Below are positions 13,081 to 26,125 of a stretch of 64,000 bases of DNA, piece by piece. The position numbers and the translations under genes are program-made. This DNA comes from Phoronis australis (Eukaryota > Animalia > Phoronida). The stretch lies in the NCBI GenBank assembly GCA_002633005.1, contig NMRA01000015.1, positions 1,409,439-1,473,438 on the forward strand, given 5' to 3'. Each line of letters opens with the position of its first letter. The stretch's first letter is position 1. The notes under the pieces are model-generated. The model ran no database searches. It saw nothing but the letters and a program-made list of their open reading frames with translations, and was not told where the DNA came from.

Positions 13081-14527
13081 CTACAAAACAACAAGAATGT
13101 TACGCTAGATTCACACCAGTGATGACAAAAAAGCTAGCAGTTTTTCAATGTCGAAAACCGTGGTGTTTTAAGTTAGACAGAGGGGCATGTTGTCCGCAAA
13201 AGGGTCATTTTCACCAGCAGTTAGTTTCCATACCGTTCAAATTCATTTCAAATCGAAGATTGGTGATCATGAAGCATGTTCATATTCTCCACATGTGTGT
13301 CATCTGAACACCAAAGTACAAACTACCAGTTAAGTATTGAAACAAAGAACTATGTTGCTCAACTGATACCTTGAAAAGTGAAAGAGTGTGATTTCCTTTT
13401 TCTCAATTTATTCTCTCAAATATCATGTCAAACAAAATCCTGTGTGAAGTCAAACCTAAGTTCTTTAACCAGTGTCTGTTTACACTATAGTGGTTGTCCC
13501 TTCTGAGAATCAACAATCATGTTACATGCATCTGGACTTTTAAAACCAAAGAAACCAAAGATGGACACTCCTTATAGTTCTGAAACCAAAATTGTCAGAC
13601 ATCCGAATGATTCTATGTAAAGACACACTCAAACATACATGCATGAACAGCCATGAACTTCAAAAGGTAGGTTGTTCCATTTTTTGAATTGCTCAGGAAT
13701 TGGTATTGGTATGAAATAGTTATCAGGATCTGACAATGGCAGATATCAGTGTCATAATGAATAAAGTACTGATAAACAATCCTAAGACTTGGAAAGACAG
13801 TCAGCTGAACACAGTGTTTGCATAGGGAAGTACTGGAGAGATAGATCAATAATCTGGATAAAAAGGGATTATGTAAGAAATATACGCAGTCCATCAGCTG
13901 CAGGGAAAGCTGTAGACATTTAGGAAGTTCGTGTGGTGAATTCTCCAGCCATATGGTGGTATCTCATAACTTGTACTTAACTAACAATTAAATTAGATTA
14001 GAAAGATTAGGACAGAGAAAGTGGCAGGTTATATTGCAGAGCCTTCTCTTTATCAGGAAGTGTTATTACATTCTGTTAGTCACCACTTGACCTAAGGCCT
14101 CAATATTCCTTAATATTAACTTATAATGGCAGAGACAGTGGACATTGAACCTATGATGCCCACAACAGGGTTGTATTGCTTTGTTAATAAAATTAGCCAT
14201 TAGCTGAAGGGTTTATGGATTTAAGGAAAATGTCAAAATAAATCATTCAGCAAACGCTGTCAGGTACTATGTATCATTCATGAAAAAAGAGAAAATGCAA
14301 TTTTATCTGTCTGCCATATTGTGTCCTAAATTGGTGGAACTCTTGTGACTGGAATATTCTTTTCTAAAAATGTAAGCAAATTTCGACAACGAAAGTCTCA
14401 TTTACATGTACACAATGAAAAGACACAAAATTCAATAAAGTACTTAAATAACTCAATCAGCTCAGGTGACCATGGTGACCAACATGCCAGGTAACCTTTC
14501 AACTAAAGCTAACATCAGCAGACTTAC

Positions 14528-14589
14528 CTGAGTAAGAACCGTCAGGAGATGGAGCCGACGAGCTCTTGTCAGAAGACTTGAGAGGTAAC
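14528..14589 (-). CDS. NAV2: Neuron navigator exon ((R)LPLKSSDKSSSAPSPDGSYS)
   Basis: TTTTACAG acceptor, 62 nt, CAG|GTAAGT donor, phase 2 to 1. Links the flanking exons in frame (MLS-RLP junction). Confidence 0.8.
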
Positions 14590-17500
14590 CTGTAAAATAC
14601 AAACTAATGATTGAGAAATGCTACAAGAGCCTTGAGACAGTCTATTATACAATAATACAAGCTTAGCTAGAGTGAATCAGAGTTACAGATGACTAGTGGA
14701 AAGGCTCATATACATACACCCTGACAAACAACATTTCACCAGCTCTGCACCTCAGTGACAAATGTCCCCAGACAAACTGTATCTATCTATAACAAACCAA
14801 TAAACCTGTCATATCTAATACTCAACCTACCTTTAAATCCACGCAGTGGTCTCACTTCAACTCATCTAGTCTAGATAAGAGTCTAAAGTCAACGACTTGT
14901 TAAAAAGTTAGCATATTTTAACCCCCACTGAGTGTACACGAGCCAACTTTATCAAATGACCCAACGGGAAATGAACCATTAAATTATCAGGAATTTTTTT
15001 CCTAAACACTGAAGAAGGGGACACGCGATAAGAAGTTAAGCCTTAATTCGACGAATCTCTTTGCCGATATTGATATCTAGATCACGCAGCTCAATACTGC
15101 AAATAAATAAACAGATGACTAAAACAATTGTTTAGTTTCCATGTTTAGGTAATCAGTTCTAAACTTTAACTCAGAGTAAACATCCGGCATTACTGGCCTA
15201 CACACCAGACACCAATGACCTTTATGTGTCTAACAACATGTCATATCAAGAAAAATATTTCATACACTCTTGTACTGCAACAGTAAAAATTAAATGTATT
15301 TCAAAATAGCAAAATGGTAGAGAATGAACTACGTTTAAAGTTTAAGTGGCCCTGAACATGTATATCAAGATGATGACTACATTAAAAATCAACCTAGGTC
15401 TCCATAAATATGATTAGATTTCTGCAGCCTTTATACAATCTGACGTCCATGAACATTAAACAACAATTTGTACTGGTGGTCTTGATCAAAGTCACAGCAA
15501 TTTAGGTGTTAACTGCGTTAGAGTAATGTTGATGTGAACTAAGTTAGAGAGTGCAGCTGATCATATTTACAGTCCTCGTTGATAGTTTTAGCATACAGCA
15601 CCACCTACGGTGTATACTACAACATTATTATGTTAATGCTACAGTAAGCAATACTTCATCCACATGTTTTAAAGAGACTTAATCGGTTTTGCAGCCAAAA
15701 AATGTATTTTTATTGGGATTATTGGTCAGTCTTCTTCAGGTTATCAGCTTTGACTGGAGACACAAAACAATAATGCAAGTTGCTTGTAAATTTATTACAA
15801 ATGGCCAATCTTCATCATGGTCTTCCAAATATTCACTGGGGTCTTTACGATTTAAATATGTTTAAAATATTCCATCTATTTAACGCAAGGGATCTGTCTC
15901 ATGGGTAGATCATTCAACTACTTTCACAGATAGACTTGATTTCTGTAACAATATTTTTCTCGTCGAGAATGTCCCTCTACGATTTCAATGATGAACACGG
16001 AAGTCGGGACTTTCATTCGCCAGTTATTGAAAGCTAGTATTTTATGTAGAAGTACGATCACAGAGCTCAGGGCCTGCTTAATTAGCTGGAGATTGAAAGT
16101 GTATTTTCACACTGTCTGAGTCATCATTATGGTCTAACATATCTTCAGTCAATTCCACGGAAGTAAGCAATGATGTTACCATGCAGAATAATAACCAGGT
16201 ATCTACAGGGAATGCCTGGCAAGAATTGCATAACAAGTGGATTGCGAAACTAGAGAGAAAAATATGGAGTCCATCATCATTTATTATGTAAACCAACATA
16301 TAGGATAATTCTCCATTTTTCACAAAAATAATTGCCAATTTTTACGTTTTTCCATTTTTGCAAAGGCCCATTACTTTGTTACAGATATTTGAAACTTTAC
16401 AAAATGTTGTTTTATGACAACTACACACTGCAAACCATGCTAGCAATAGGCTACATGTTCTTAATATCTATTTCTTGAAGAAATTTGAAATAATAGAATT
16501 TCACATGATGGCCATATTGGGTGCTAAATAAGTGAAGAATTCAGATTACATAGCAGCATTATCTCCTGGTGATGGAGCACTATCTGTTGAAGGTGTAGAC
16601 AATGACCAGTCTGGAGAGCCTAGTGCACACATCATGGTCACAGTCACTTTCCATTCTTGATCAACAACTGATCAAGGGATACGTCACTTCCCACAACAGC
16701 TTATTACTATGACAACACACCCACAGGCCTCCCCCCCACCTCATTTTCTACTTCTCAGTTACCAAGTGAGCCTTCCTGATAAACCAACTTTTGTTCTCAA
16801 CACTTATTCATCTGTCTGTTCCAAACACTTCTATGAACATAACTAATATTTAGCACCAGCACTCTTTATAGAATAAGCTGTGTCAAGTGGACACAGCACA
16901 AGTCTTGTCAGATCTCACCCAAACAAGTTTTTTAAAGGGTTTGGTCAGTGTTATGCATCACAGCTATTACAGTGTAGGGCAAGTGTTACCTTATGGGCAT
17001 AATGATCCTCCATTTGCATTGTGTATAGCTTCCATCTGGGATGGAACTGGTGTTAATGAATACAATGTGGTGTTGCACCACCAAATATAAATTATTTGTG
17101 CATTTCTCTTTTCCACTACAGACAGTGCTGTAAACACACATTTCACAACATTAAACTCATACTCAGAATACTAGAATAACTATAACATACCAGCTGCTAT
17201 GACAATTATACAGAGATAACTACAGACAGATATTTCAAATTGCCTATTGTATTTTTTTTAATCGGATTTCGGCCAAATCATAAAAAGAAATTTAAAAATC
17301 AGCTCAAAAAGGTATATTTTCATGTTCAACATTTCACTTTATTCGCTAAAGCATTAAAGCAATATGTTGAACAAAAAAATATACATAGTTGCACTGATTT
17401 TAGTCTTTTTTACTGTTTTAGTCTTTTAAACCATATTTTTCCTTGCTTCTCGCTAAAGATAATTGTCTGTTCTATAACACACAGAAAACGCCTCATACTA

Positions 17501-17853
17501 ATCTAATCTATTCTTTTTCACTCTGAATTCAAAAGTTTAATATTTAACAGTAAATTCAAAAGTTTAATATTTAAAACTAAAGGCCATATTCATAAAATGC
17601 AAAGAAGGTAAAGGTGTTAAACAGGGGTTTTCTTCATCAAATCCTCAAAAATCTAAAATGTTAAAACATAACTGCTAGAGGGTGAGCAGGTGCAATCCTT
17701 GCCACGATCCAAATGTAATAATACAGATAGCAGGCCTGACTGGAATGGGAAATTACCCTAGAGGAAATCAACAGCATTCCTTGTCTTGGGGGAATCAGCC
17801 CAACCTCTGTACCATCCAAATAATCATATTTATCATTTCCATTTCTGTGAGAA

Positions 17854-17980
17854 CGGTCGGACTGTGCTCTCAACACTGAAAAAGGTCCGACTGTGCTCTC
17901 AACATTACGAGAAAAGCCCGACCAAGTGTGCTCTCTACATTATGAGAAAGATTCGACAGTGCTCTCAAAATCATGGAAAA
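17854..17980. repeat. Degenerate tandem repeat of about 30-35 bp (4 copies, core GACTGTGCTCTCAACA)
   Basis: The GTGCTCTC core recurs four times at near-regular spacing. Confidence 0.75.
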
Positions 17981-18674
17981 TTCAGCAAAACAATGTTAGT
18001 GAGTCTACCCCTCATACTCCAACCATTTATCTAGAGATACACAACATCTAATCACATGACATTCTGTACCTACTACATCACACCATCATTTCCATATTTC
18101 CAATATCACTTCCAACCTCCTTAAAGTAAAAAGTTTATTTAATTTCGAATCGCTATGGCAAATAACAATTAAACATTATCATATATACTAAAGGACCTTA
18201 AACATTGCACATTCTTTACCTGTGTTTAAACACCAGCAGTGACACTTAGTGAGCAACACTTTGAAATACTCCCCACAGTCAAACAAGACAATGTGACAAA
18301 CCTTCTTACCACAGCTATACCGATTCTCTTCCCTGTGTGGACACCCCTAACAACAACCAGTGCAGTGAGATGAAGCTCAAACCTTGATAACCTCTTCCTC
18401 TTATTCTATGATTAGTCATACCTCCAGCACTGATAAATACTCCCTGCTAAATCTGGTCTACAGGCACTTCTTACCAATTTGGACCCAAATTGATTTTCTC
18501 TTCACATTAGCATAAATACATCAGATCTCCTAATAGCGTTGGTTACCTACTGACCACGTGGCTACAGCTAAGCACTGTCCAGATTTCCTCAGGCCAGAAA
18601 GGTCTTTAAGGAGTTCGTTAATCAATAAACGGGCACGTCACAAATCTTGAGACGGCACTAACAAGTTGACACAA

Positions 18675-18729
18675 GGAAATTATAGATAATAACGACTCTG
18701 TTCACATATCGTTATTATCTATAATTTCC
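18675..18729. repeat. Perfect 21-bp inverted repeat with 13-nt loop
   Basis: GGAAATTATAGATAATAACGA-ctctgttcacata-TCGTTATTATCTATAATTTCC. Confidence 0.9.
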
Positions 18730-20364
18730 CTGTCTATTAATGCGACCAGTGTTTGCTCGATGCTGCATATTGGCTTCATTTGACGCAACCAAACTAAAAA
18801 GACGCGCATTGACTTAAGTGTGCACCAATGAGGATGCCATGTTTGAGCTTGTAAAAAGTGAAACTAAAAAATGAGATCCATCAAGTATTTCCTCTCACTG
18901 TATTTGCCACTAATAAAGCTACTACTAGAATCAATCAGCACATAATATTACCACAGGCATTACCCATAGTGAGGAAAACTGAACAGTTGTACTGTGATGG
19001 AGAGTGTTAATGGTATACAAGAAGGTATATTCTGAGTGGGAATGAAGTTTTTATGGACAACAAAGATGGAAAAGGACACATAAAATTTGAAAGGTGAATC
19101 GAACTCCAACATTTGGAAGTGAACAGAGAGCACTGGCTAAGCTAAAACCAAAGTGGAAGACCACATAATGGAAAAAATAACAATTAAATCAAGGATTTGT
19201 GTTATTTTTGCAAGGATTCACTTTCGTTTGATTTCTTCAGTTACAAAACAAACAGTCTTGCACGTATTATGCTTAGGGCAGTCATGAAAGTATTTCTGTT
19301 CTATCTTTTGTGTTAAACACAAAGAAAATAATTATAACAGCACTGTTCAATTATTCTGTCAACACAATAATAATCACCGAGTATATTGTCATACTAGCCC
19401 CAGTGACAAAGTTTTCAATTCCTCTACTCATCAGATCAGTACAATTCAATGATGCATAAAAGGTTAGTCACTGTTACCGGTTCAAGTCTTGGCTTCACCA
19501 TAAGTTTGAGGACTGTACACAAAAAATAATTTTTAAAAGTAATTAACAACAATACGGTATTCATTATATCTAGAAGAATTTTTGCTTTTAACTTTTTCAA
19601 GCAAAGTGGCATTTATTTACCAATTAACTGAGAACAAAACTTGTTCTAGTTTGCAAAGGCAATGCTTTGAAGTACACACAAAAGATCAAAAAATCAATCT
19701 ATCTACATGCATCCTTTGAATAAACTTAACATTTTGTTTTCAGGAAAAAAAACGTTCATGAATTGTTTCAGGTCAAATCCATATTAGCTTTCAAAAACAG
19801 GTAGATCAATCAATAAAGATTTTTTGACTTCAGTAAGTTTCAGAAAGAACCTAGACCAAAACCAAATAGTGGCACATTTATATCTATATCTGTGTTTACA
19901 TGCATTTCAAAATCTAAGACCACTATCATACATACACGCAAGGCAAATCAAAATATCTCTACAAAGATGCACCAAAACACACAATCATAAAACACCATAT
20001 CTTGACATAATGAAATTCTTAGCTCAAAATTCAACACTGGACACACAGAATTCCAAGACTTTGTCCAAAGGTGACACATCCATCACAACACCCACCTACG
20101 CATGACAGGTAACCTGGATACTGTCTTGCTGGTGACAGTCATATTGCCATTGATATCTCTGCGGTTATCCAAAAGTCTGGTCATCCTGTCTCAGTGACCA
20201 GTCACACACAACAAGTGTTACTCCAGTGAGAGTCAGTGTCAGTATGGGAGACGGTGCAACTGCAAGTGAGGGCTGCATCAAAGGTACAGCACCGCTGTTA
20301 TGTTAATGGCTTTGAATAATTAATTACATACAGTGGGAGGTTCATCCATCAATTGCCTGACAGA

Positions 20365-20622
20365 CCTGGGGGGTACTTACGTAGCAGTCGCATATTAGAA
20401 CAGTGGCTTCATTCATAACAGATTCCTTATGAATGACTGCTTTTTCCAACTGAATACCCCACGAAAGAGTTACACTTTCAAAATAATGATAACGCTTATT
20501 GAAGTAGTCCCCACAAAAGTATATTTAAGAGAAGACCTAAAACTATAAAAAGGATGCCTTTTTTGATGGGTTTATATTTGTTCCACACTGAAGACCCTCA
20601 AAAGTATTCAAGTGACCCCCTG
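20365..20622. mobile_element. Non-autonomous DNA transposon with G-run termini (CCTGGGGGGTACTT ... AAGTGACCCCCTG)
   Basis: Short inverted termini. Shares the left end and a subterminal GACCCTCAAAA with the element at 50495..51042. Confidence 0.55.
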
Positions 20623-22295
20623 TAGCTAGCCACAGTGATGACGCAACTGGTAGCTGGCTAATAAGGGATGAATCACTTAATGAGTCAATACCCAATTATT
20701 ATGTGACATTATGCAATGAACATAGCTGATCTGTCAAAGGCTAAACATATATGAGACCAGGCATCTTCCTTATCAAAAATCAAAACATTGATTTCTAATA
20801 TGCCCACCAACATTATTGATAGACAGTGCAACACTGTGGCATTACCTGGCAGCATAACAGTGAAGACTAGTCGTCTTCATGCTATTATACATCAGCAGAC
20901 TGTTTCAAACAGCATGGAAACACCACATTTAAATGCTACACAACCATATCTGCACTAGAGACATTCTCAGTATTTTCCTATACCACATTACATGTCGGTA
21001 GCCATCTAATGCCAAAGGTAGAACCAGGTGCGAAATTGCGGTTGTCAAAACATTATGGATTTCGCTGTCCACCACCCCCAGGACTGGGAAGGTGCATTAA
21101 CATTATTTATTCAGCTTGTATTATAATTACCAGGAACACCTCTCACAGTAAACCCATAAATAATACACAGTTGCTCTTTATACAAGATACAAGTAGTGGC
21201 AGGTTCTCACATAATTACTATAATAATACTGCTAATGTTTGCCCTGCTGCATCAGTCAATTTCCGCAACACAAAATCGCGCGATTAAAAAATGGTCATTA
21301 TTGCTGCTTCGGCGGCTAATTTTTGTCATTAACATTTAGCACGGCCACTGGTGATCAATTTTACCAACTCGCGCATAGCTACTATGAAATAATTAGCAAC
21401 AGGAAATTAGCGTCATCTCACAGAGCGGTCACTCAAAGGGTTGCCACATTTTTGTATCTAGACATTTAATGTGTGATATTTGCCTAAAAACACTTTATCT
21501 ATTCAACACTGTCTCAGTCTTCAACTAATCAATAGGTTCAATTAGTTTAGTTTTTGTCCAACATACAAATTTTATTCTTGCCATCCTCCAAGTCAGTACC
21601 ATTGGCAGGAGACCAAAATCAACATCTAGTACCAGTAAACAAATATGTTTTCCAATATTCAACATGCCCTGATAGGTACATTAACAGCAATCAATTTTAT
21701 CAAGACGAGTGTGAAAAAACACTTTGTTATAACCTGTGGCAGATTCACATAATACACTATTATCTACCCAAGTTGCTTTCACTCCCATCTTTGTAAGAGA
21801 GGTATCATAACTAGGTGAAATGCTGTTTTTTAATTCACAGTAGTCTATATCAAATTAATTTTATGAACTTGACTGTTAGAGAACCATAAAGCCTCTAATA
21901 TAATCTTTGTGCTTACATATTAAATTAAAGCAGTAGTTTTGATTTGGGCTATTTATCGTCTCGTCTTGTTCTTTCCTAAGTTTAGGAGTGACATCTGAGC
22001 CCGTGAACAACTAACAAAGTCCTTTCGCAGACCAAGCTCGAGAAAACTTTTTGTCCTGAAGAAATGACAAACTTTCGATTCTCTCCAAGCCCAGAGACCA
22101 CACCTATTTTGACTAAGAAAATGAATCTGAGACCAAACAGTAATGGCCTAAATCAAAATTTGTTTTTTGACTGAAAGCACGCGTTTAATGCCATTTTAAT
22201 TTCGGATATTCACCCAGATCCAGCGTCTACTTTAAAACCGGCATTTAAATAAGATCTCTGAATGGATGACAATTAGTGAAACAACCCCTTTCCCA

Positions 22296-22727
22296 ATCTT
22301 GTACTTCGTGATAACAGGTGTATTATAAGACACCTTGTACTTGGTGAACGCAGGTGTATCATAAGACATCTTGTACTTGGTGATCGCAGGTGTATCACAA
22401 GACATCTTGTACTTGGTGATCGCAGGTGTATCATAAGACATCTTGTACTTGGTGATCGCAGGTGTATCATAAGACATCTTGTACTTGGTGACCACAGGTG
22501 TATCACAAGACATCTTGTACTTGGTGATCACAGGTGTATCATAAGACATCTTGTACTTGGTGACCACAGGTGTATCACAAGACATCTTGTACTTGGTGGT
22601 CACAGGTGTATCATAAGACATCTTGTACTTGGTGATTGCAGGTGTATCATAAGACATCTTGTATTTGGTGGTCACAAGTGTATCATAAGACATCTTGTAC
22701 TTGGTGACCACAGGTGTATCATAAGAC
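22296..22727. repeat. 36-bp minisatellite, 12 copies
   Basis: Unit ATCTTGTACTTGGTGATCGCAGGTGTATCATAAGAC, head to tail without spacers. Confidence 0.97.
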
Positions 22728-23695
22728 CAAGATAGTACATGAGAGACATACCACAATTCTTCATTATTATTTTGGTCAAATTTCTCCACAAAAGTATATA
22801 TAAAGGAAATTTTAGCCTATTACTGCCATGGTTTTTACTGAGTGTGAAGATGTCAATAAATATCAATTGTAGTAAAGTAATGAGCCTTCAAAAAATGGAA
22901 AACAAAAGTTTTTCCAAATATTTATGTGCGAAATAAGTAGAGAACTTCCACAAGCTAGCTGTATTCCGTACACACAATATTCCAGTTATGCAAAAAATCT
23001 TTGCTTATAGAACGGAAACAGAAAATTCTATCCAATAATTCCACATTCCAACCTCACCAACCAATCACATCAGTGGCGGCCATTTTGCAAGGTTATGTTA
23101 CCGTATTAAGGTCTCGAGTATACTCGCAAACCATTCGCGTTTCAATCGCGTAATTTTGCATGATGTCCTTTTTTCACTTTTCTCACAATGACTTGGTCCA
23201 CAGAATGCACCCAAGCTTGTATTGGACACCAAGCAATTATTAATTTCAGTGTACCAGCAATCACTCACTATGAACATCAGAGACCAACGTCTGTTTGGAA
23301 ACCCGGCTATATGCCGGAAGCTTACTGAATTAAAAATCAATAAAAATCATGCAACAGCATCATGCTTTGATATAACCTCAACCTTTCATTATGCATTCTT
23401 ACAGTATTTAAGGGCTATAAAGCCACATTACGTCCAAGATCTGAACTTCCGATTCAGACCACCTACCACAAGAAAGATGGTCTTAACCAGTTCCTTACTT
23501 AGATGGAAAGCAATTTCTGACTGTTGTACATTGAGACTATGCTTGGCACACAAAATGGCATGCTGTGATGCCGTGACAAGCAAACTAGTAGAGCCCAATT
23601 ACAAGTAATAACAGACTGTTACTTCTTTTGAATAAGGACAATTTGAGACAAACTTCATAACAGCAAGTGAACTAAATCAAAAAGTTGTTGACTTA

Positions 23696-23940
23696 GGTGA
23701 TGGAAGGTGGGCCTATAGTCGCATTAATTTGGAGATGGAAGGTGGGTCTACAGTCGCATTAATTTAGAGATGGAAGGTGGGTCTATAGTCGCATTAATTT
23801 CGTGATGGAAGGTGGGTCTATAGTCCCATTAATTTGGAGATGGAAGGTGGGTCTATAGTCGCATTAATTTAGAGATGGAAGGTGGGTCTATAGTCGCATT
23901 AATTTGGTGATGGAAGGTGGGTCTATAGTCGCATTAATTT
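23696..23940. repeat. 35-bp minisatellite, 7 copies
   Basis: Unit GG(T/A)GATGGAAGGTGGGTCTATAGTCGCATTAATTT; 245 bp equals 7 x 35. Confidence 0.97.
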
Positions 23941-23975
23941 CAAACAGCGAGCTAAAAGACTACAGAATGTCTTAC

Positions 23976-24105
23976 CTGGACAACATCTCCCTGTGTGGTC
24001 TTGTCTCGGTGATATTTGCTTTTGCTCGTGACTTCTGCTGTTGCTTGTAGCGAGACAGACTAAAGAACAAGCCTAGGGTGGCCTTCAGGTTGCCATCCTT
24101 AACAT
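23976..24105 (-). CDS. NAV2: Neuron navigator CH-domain last exon, copy A ((D)VKDGNLKATLGLFFSLSRYKQQQKSRAKANITETRPHREMLS)
   Basis: CTCAG acceptor, 130 nt, AG|GTAAG donor, phase 1 to 2. GNLKAxLGLFFSLSRYKQQQ is the NAV family signature at the end of the CH domain. Confidence 0.9.
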
Positions 24106-25842
24106 CTGAGGAGAGAGAGGGAAATATAAGCATGGTCATTGACAAAGTGAAACATAGGGGTCACTGCAGTACCTGGCTCATCTGTTCTACTTGATGGCCT
24201 GGACAACAATAATTTGGTCTATGTAAAACCTAAATTCTATTTCTGCAGACTAACTCAGTGCACTTTAAGGTTGCAGCGGCCAGTTGCATGAAACCCTTCT
24301 AACAGCTACCTTCCTTAACTTTTGACCCCATTTTTATGGACTTATGAAAACACTGACTGAACTTACTATGGCTATTTTGTCTTCATTACTGAGTCAGGTT
24401 TAGCTCTGATACATACCAAGAGTACTGTCTACGTTGAGTTCCCAATATTTTTGAAAATAGATAGTGACATTTTCTTTCAATGTCCCTAATTTAAAGACTA
24501 AGTCCCTACAAAATTTCTTTGAAAGAAGGGCTCAGTTTTCAGGCATTTTTATTAAAATAAAATAAAACCAGTAAAAGAGGAACTTATGAAGATAAAAAGG
24601 ATAGAAAAATATAATGTGTTTGAGTAAACAAAGATACCACTGCACTAAAGATTTAGGGAACTTAGTACTGAGTCCCTATTTGGGAATGTTCTATGCAACC
24701 AGGCATTGAAGACTGGTATGGTGTGGTTAAGTTAATATGTGACATCACCACCAGGTGGCAGTGATAGTGAGTAACGTGAAAGTTCTCCAGTCATTTACTG
24801 AACGTAGCACATTTAAGCTTTATTTCTGGGATAATTTTTACATTTTAGCGCAATTAAATAAACTTTTTATGAACGCACAGTATTTTAAAATAAATTCTAG
24901 TTCAAAGATTCCAAAACTATATGCGCAGATATAACTTAGAAACAATACTAATTTCTTACAACTGTGAATTAATATGTGCATTGTAAAGGTTACCAAGTGA
25001 CAACGAGTCCCATACATCACAAAAATTTACTCCAGATTAGAAACTATTAAAGCAAGCCGAAATGCATTTTGCACAAACACGACAAGAGTACTACAACATG
25101 AACAAAATTTGAATAAATCAACATTTCATTCTAGATCTCAAGTTTTTGAAAATTAAGGCTCAGTATTCAGTAAACCAATTCTCATCTGCTTCCTGTGTTT
25201 CTCATACTAATTAACATAATTTATGAACTTGATTTTATTGAGGTTAAAGTAAGAAACACCTCAGGTAATTTGTAAGTCATATTCATCGATTTAATGAGAC
25301 CCGCCCACTTAAACCTGATGAAAAGATGGCACCAACATCCCTTGTTCAAGTACAACGACACTTAATTGAAAAAAATTCAATATTATAAAAAAATAATAGT
25401 AATGTCACGAAACCTTGTGATGTGGGAAACTTGAACTGCTAACTGAAGTTGTCATTAAGAGATGATGCGACGTTAAATGATAGGTGATGAGGCACTGGAC
25501 AGATCTAACTGACATGATCCCACTGAGAGTGATCAACACAAATGTGGCTTGGACTAACATAGTTAGCAGGATATATCTACCTAGATAGGTAATACGTGTC
25601 AATTACAACAGTCATCAGTTGATAATGTTAAAAAGAGAAAATCAATGTCTTGTATGAATGTAACATGCGTGTCAAGCAAAGACAACTGTCAAAGATGCTC
25701 TGTCAATCAAAGAACACTTCAGAAACATACAATGCAAACATACTTTGATGTGATTTAGAACAATACTTTATCAATTACAACGAAAACAAAGTTGACATTG
25801 ACAAGTATTATTTGCATTATTTGTAAAATGATTGACGTAAAN

Positions 25843-25960
25843 GGGTATATAGTCGCATTAATTTGGTGATGGAAGGTGGGTATATAGTGGCATTAATTTG
25901 GTGATGGAAGGTGGGTATATAGTGGCATTAATTTGGTGATGGAAGGTGGGTCTATAATTT
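25843..25960. repeat. Second, truncated array of the 35-bp minisatellite (about 3 copies), starting at an N
   Basis: Same unit with variants (GGGTATATAGTGGCATT), directly after the n at 25842. Confidence 0.93.
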
Positions 25961-25995
25961 CAAACAGTGAGCTAAAAGACTACAGAATGTCTTAC

Positions 25996-26125
25996 CTGGA
26001 CAACATCTCCCTGTGTGGTCTTGTCTCGGTGATGCTTGCTTTTGCTCGTGACTTCTGCTGTTGCTTGTAGCGAGACAGACTAAAGAACAAGCCTAAGGTG
26101 GCCTTCAGGTTGCCATCCTTAACAT
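25996..26125 (-). CDS. NAV2: Neuron navigator CH-domain last exon, copy B ((D)VKDGNLKATLGLFFSLSRYKQQQKSRAKASITETRPHREMLS)
   Basis: CTCAG acceptor, 130 nt, AG|GTAAG donor. Lies in the duplicated 2-kb block. Only one of the two copies can be used per transcript without a frameshift. Confidence 0.75.

Noticed and set aside
11286-13307. Plus-strand ORFs (73-141 aa) over the large exon
   Set aside because: Antisense shadows of the Ser/Thr/Lys-rich coding exon.
22232-22789. 185-aa repeat ORF as a standalone gene
   Set aside because: Fully explained by a stop-free 36-bp minisatellite; no recognisable domain or splice support.
23099-23135. TACCGTA...CTCGAGTATA pogo/Tc2-like terminus
   Set aside because: Only one end is recognisable, so no element can be delimited.
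22296-23940. 35- and 36-bp repeats of CRISPR-like length
   Set aside because: Units are head to tail with no unique spacers, there are no cas genes, and the context is a spliceosomal intron.
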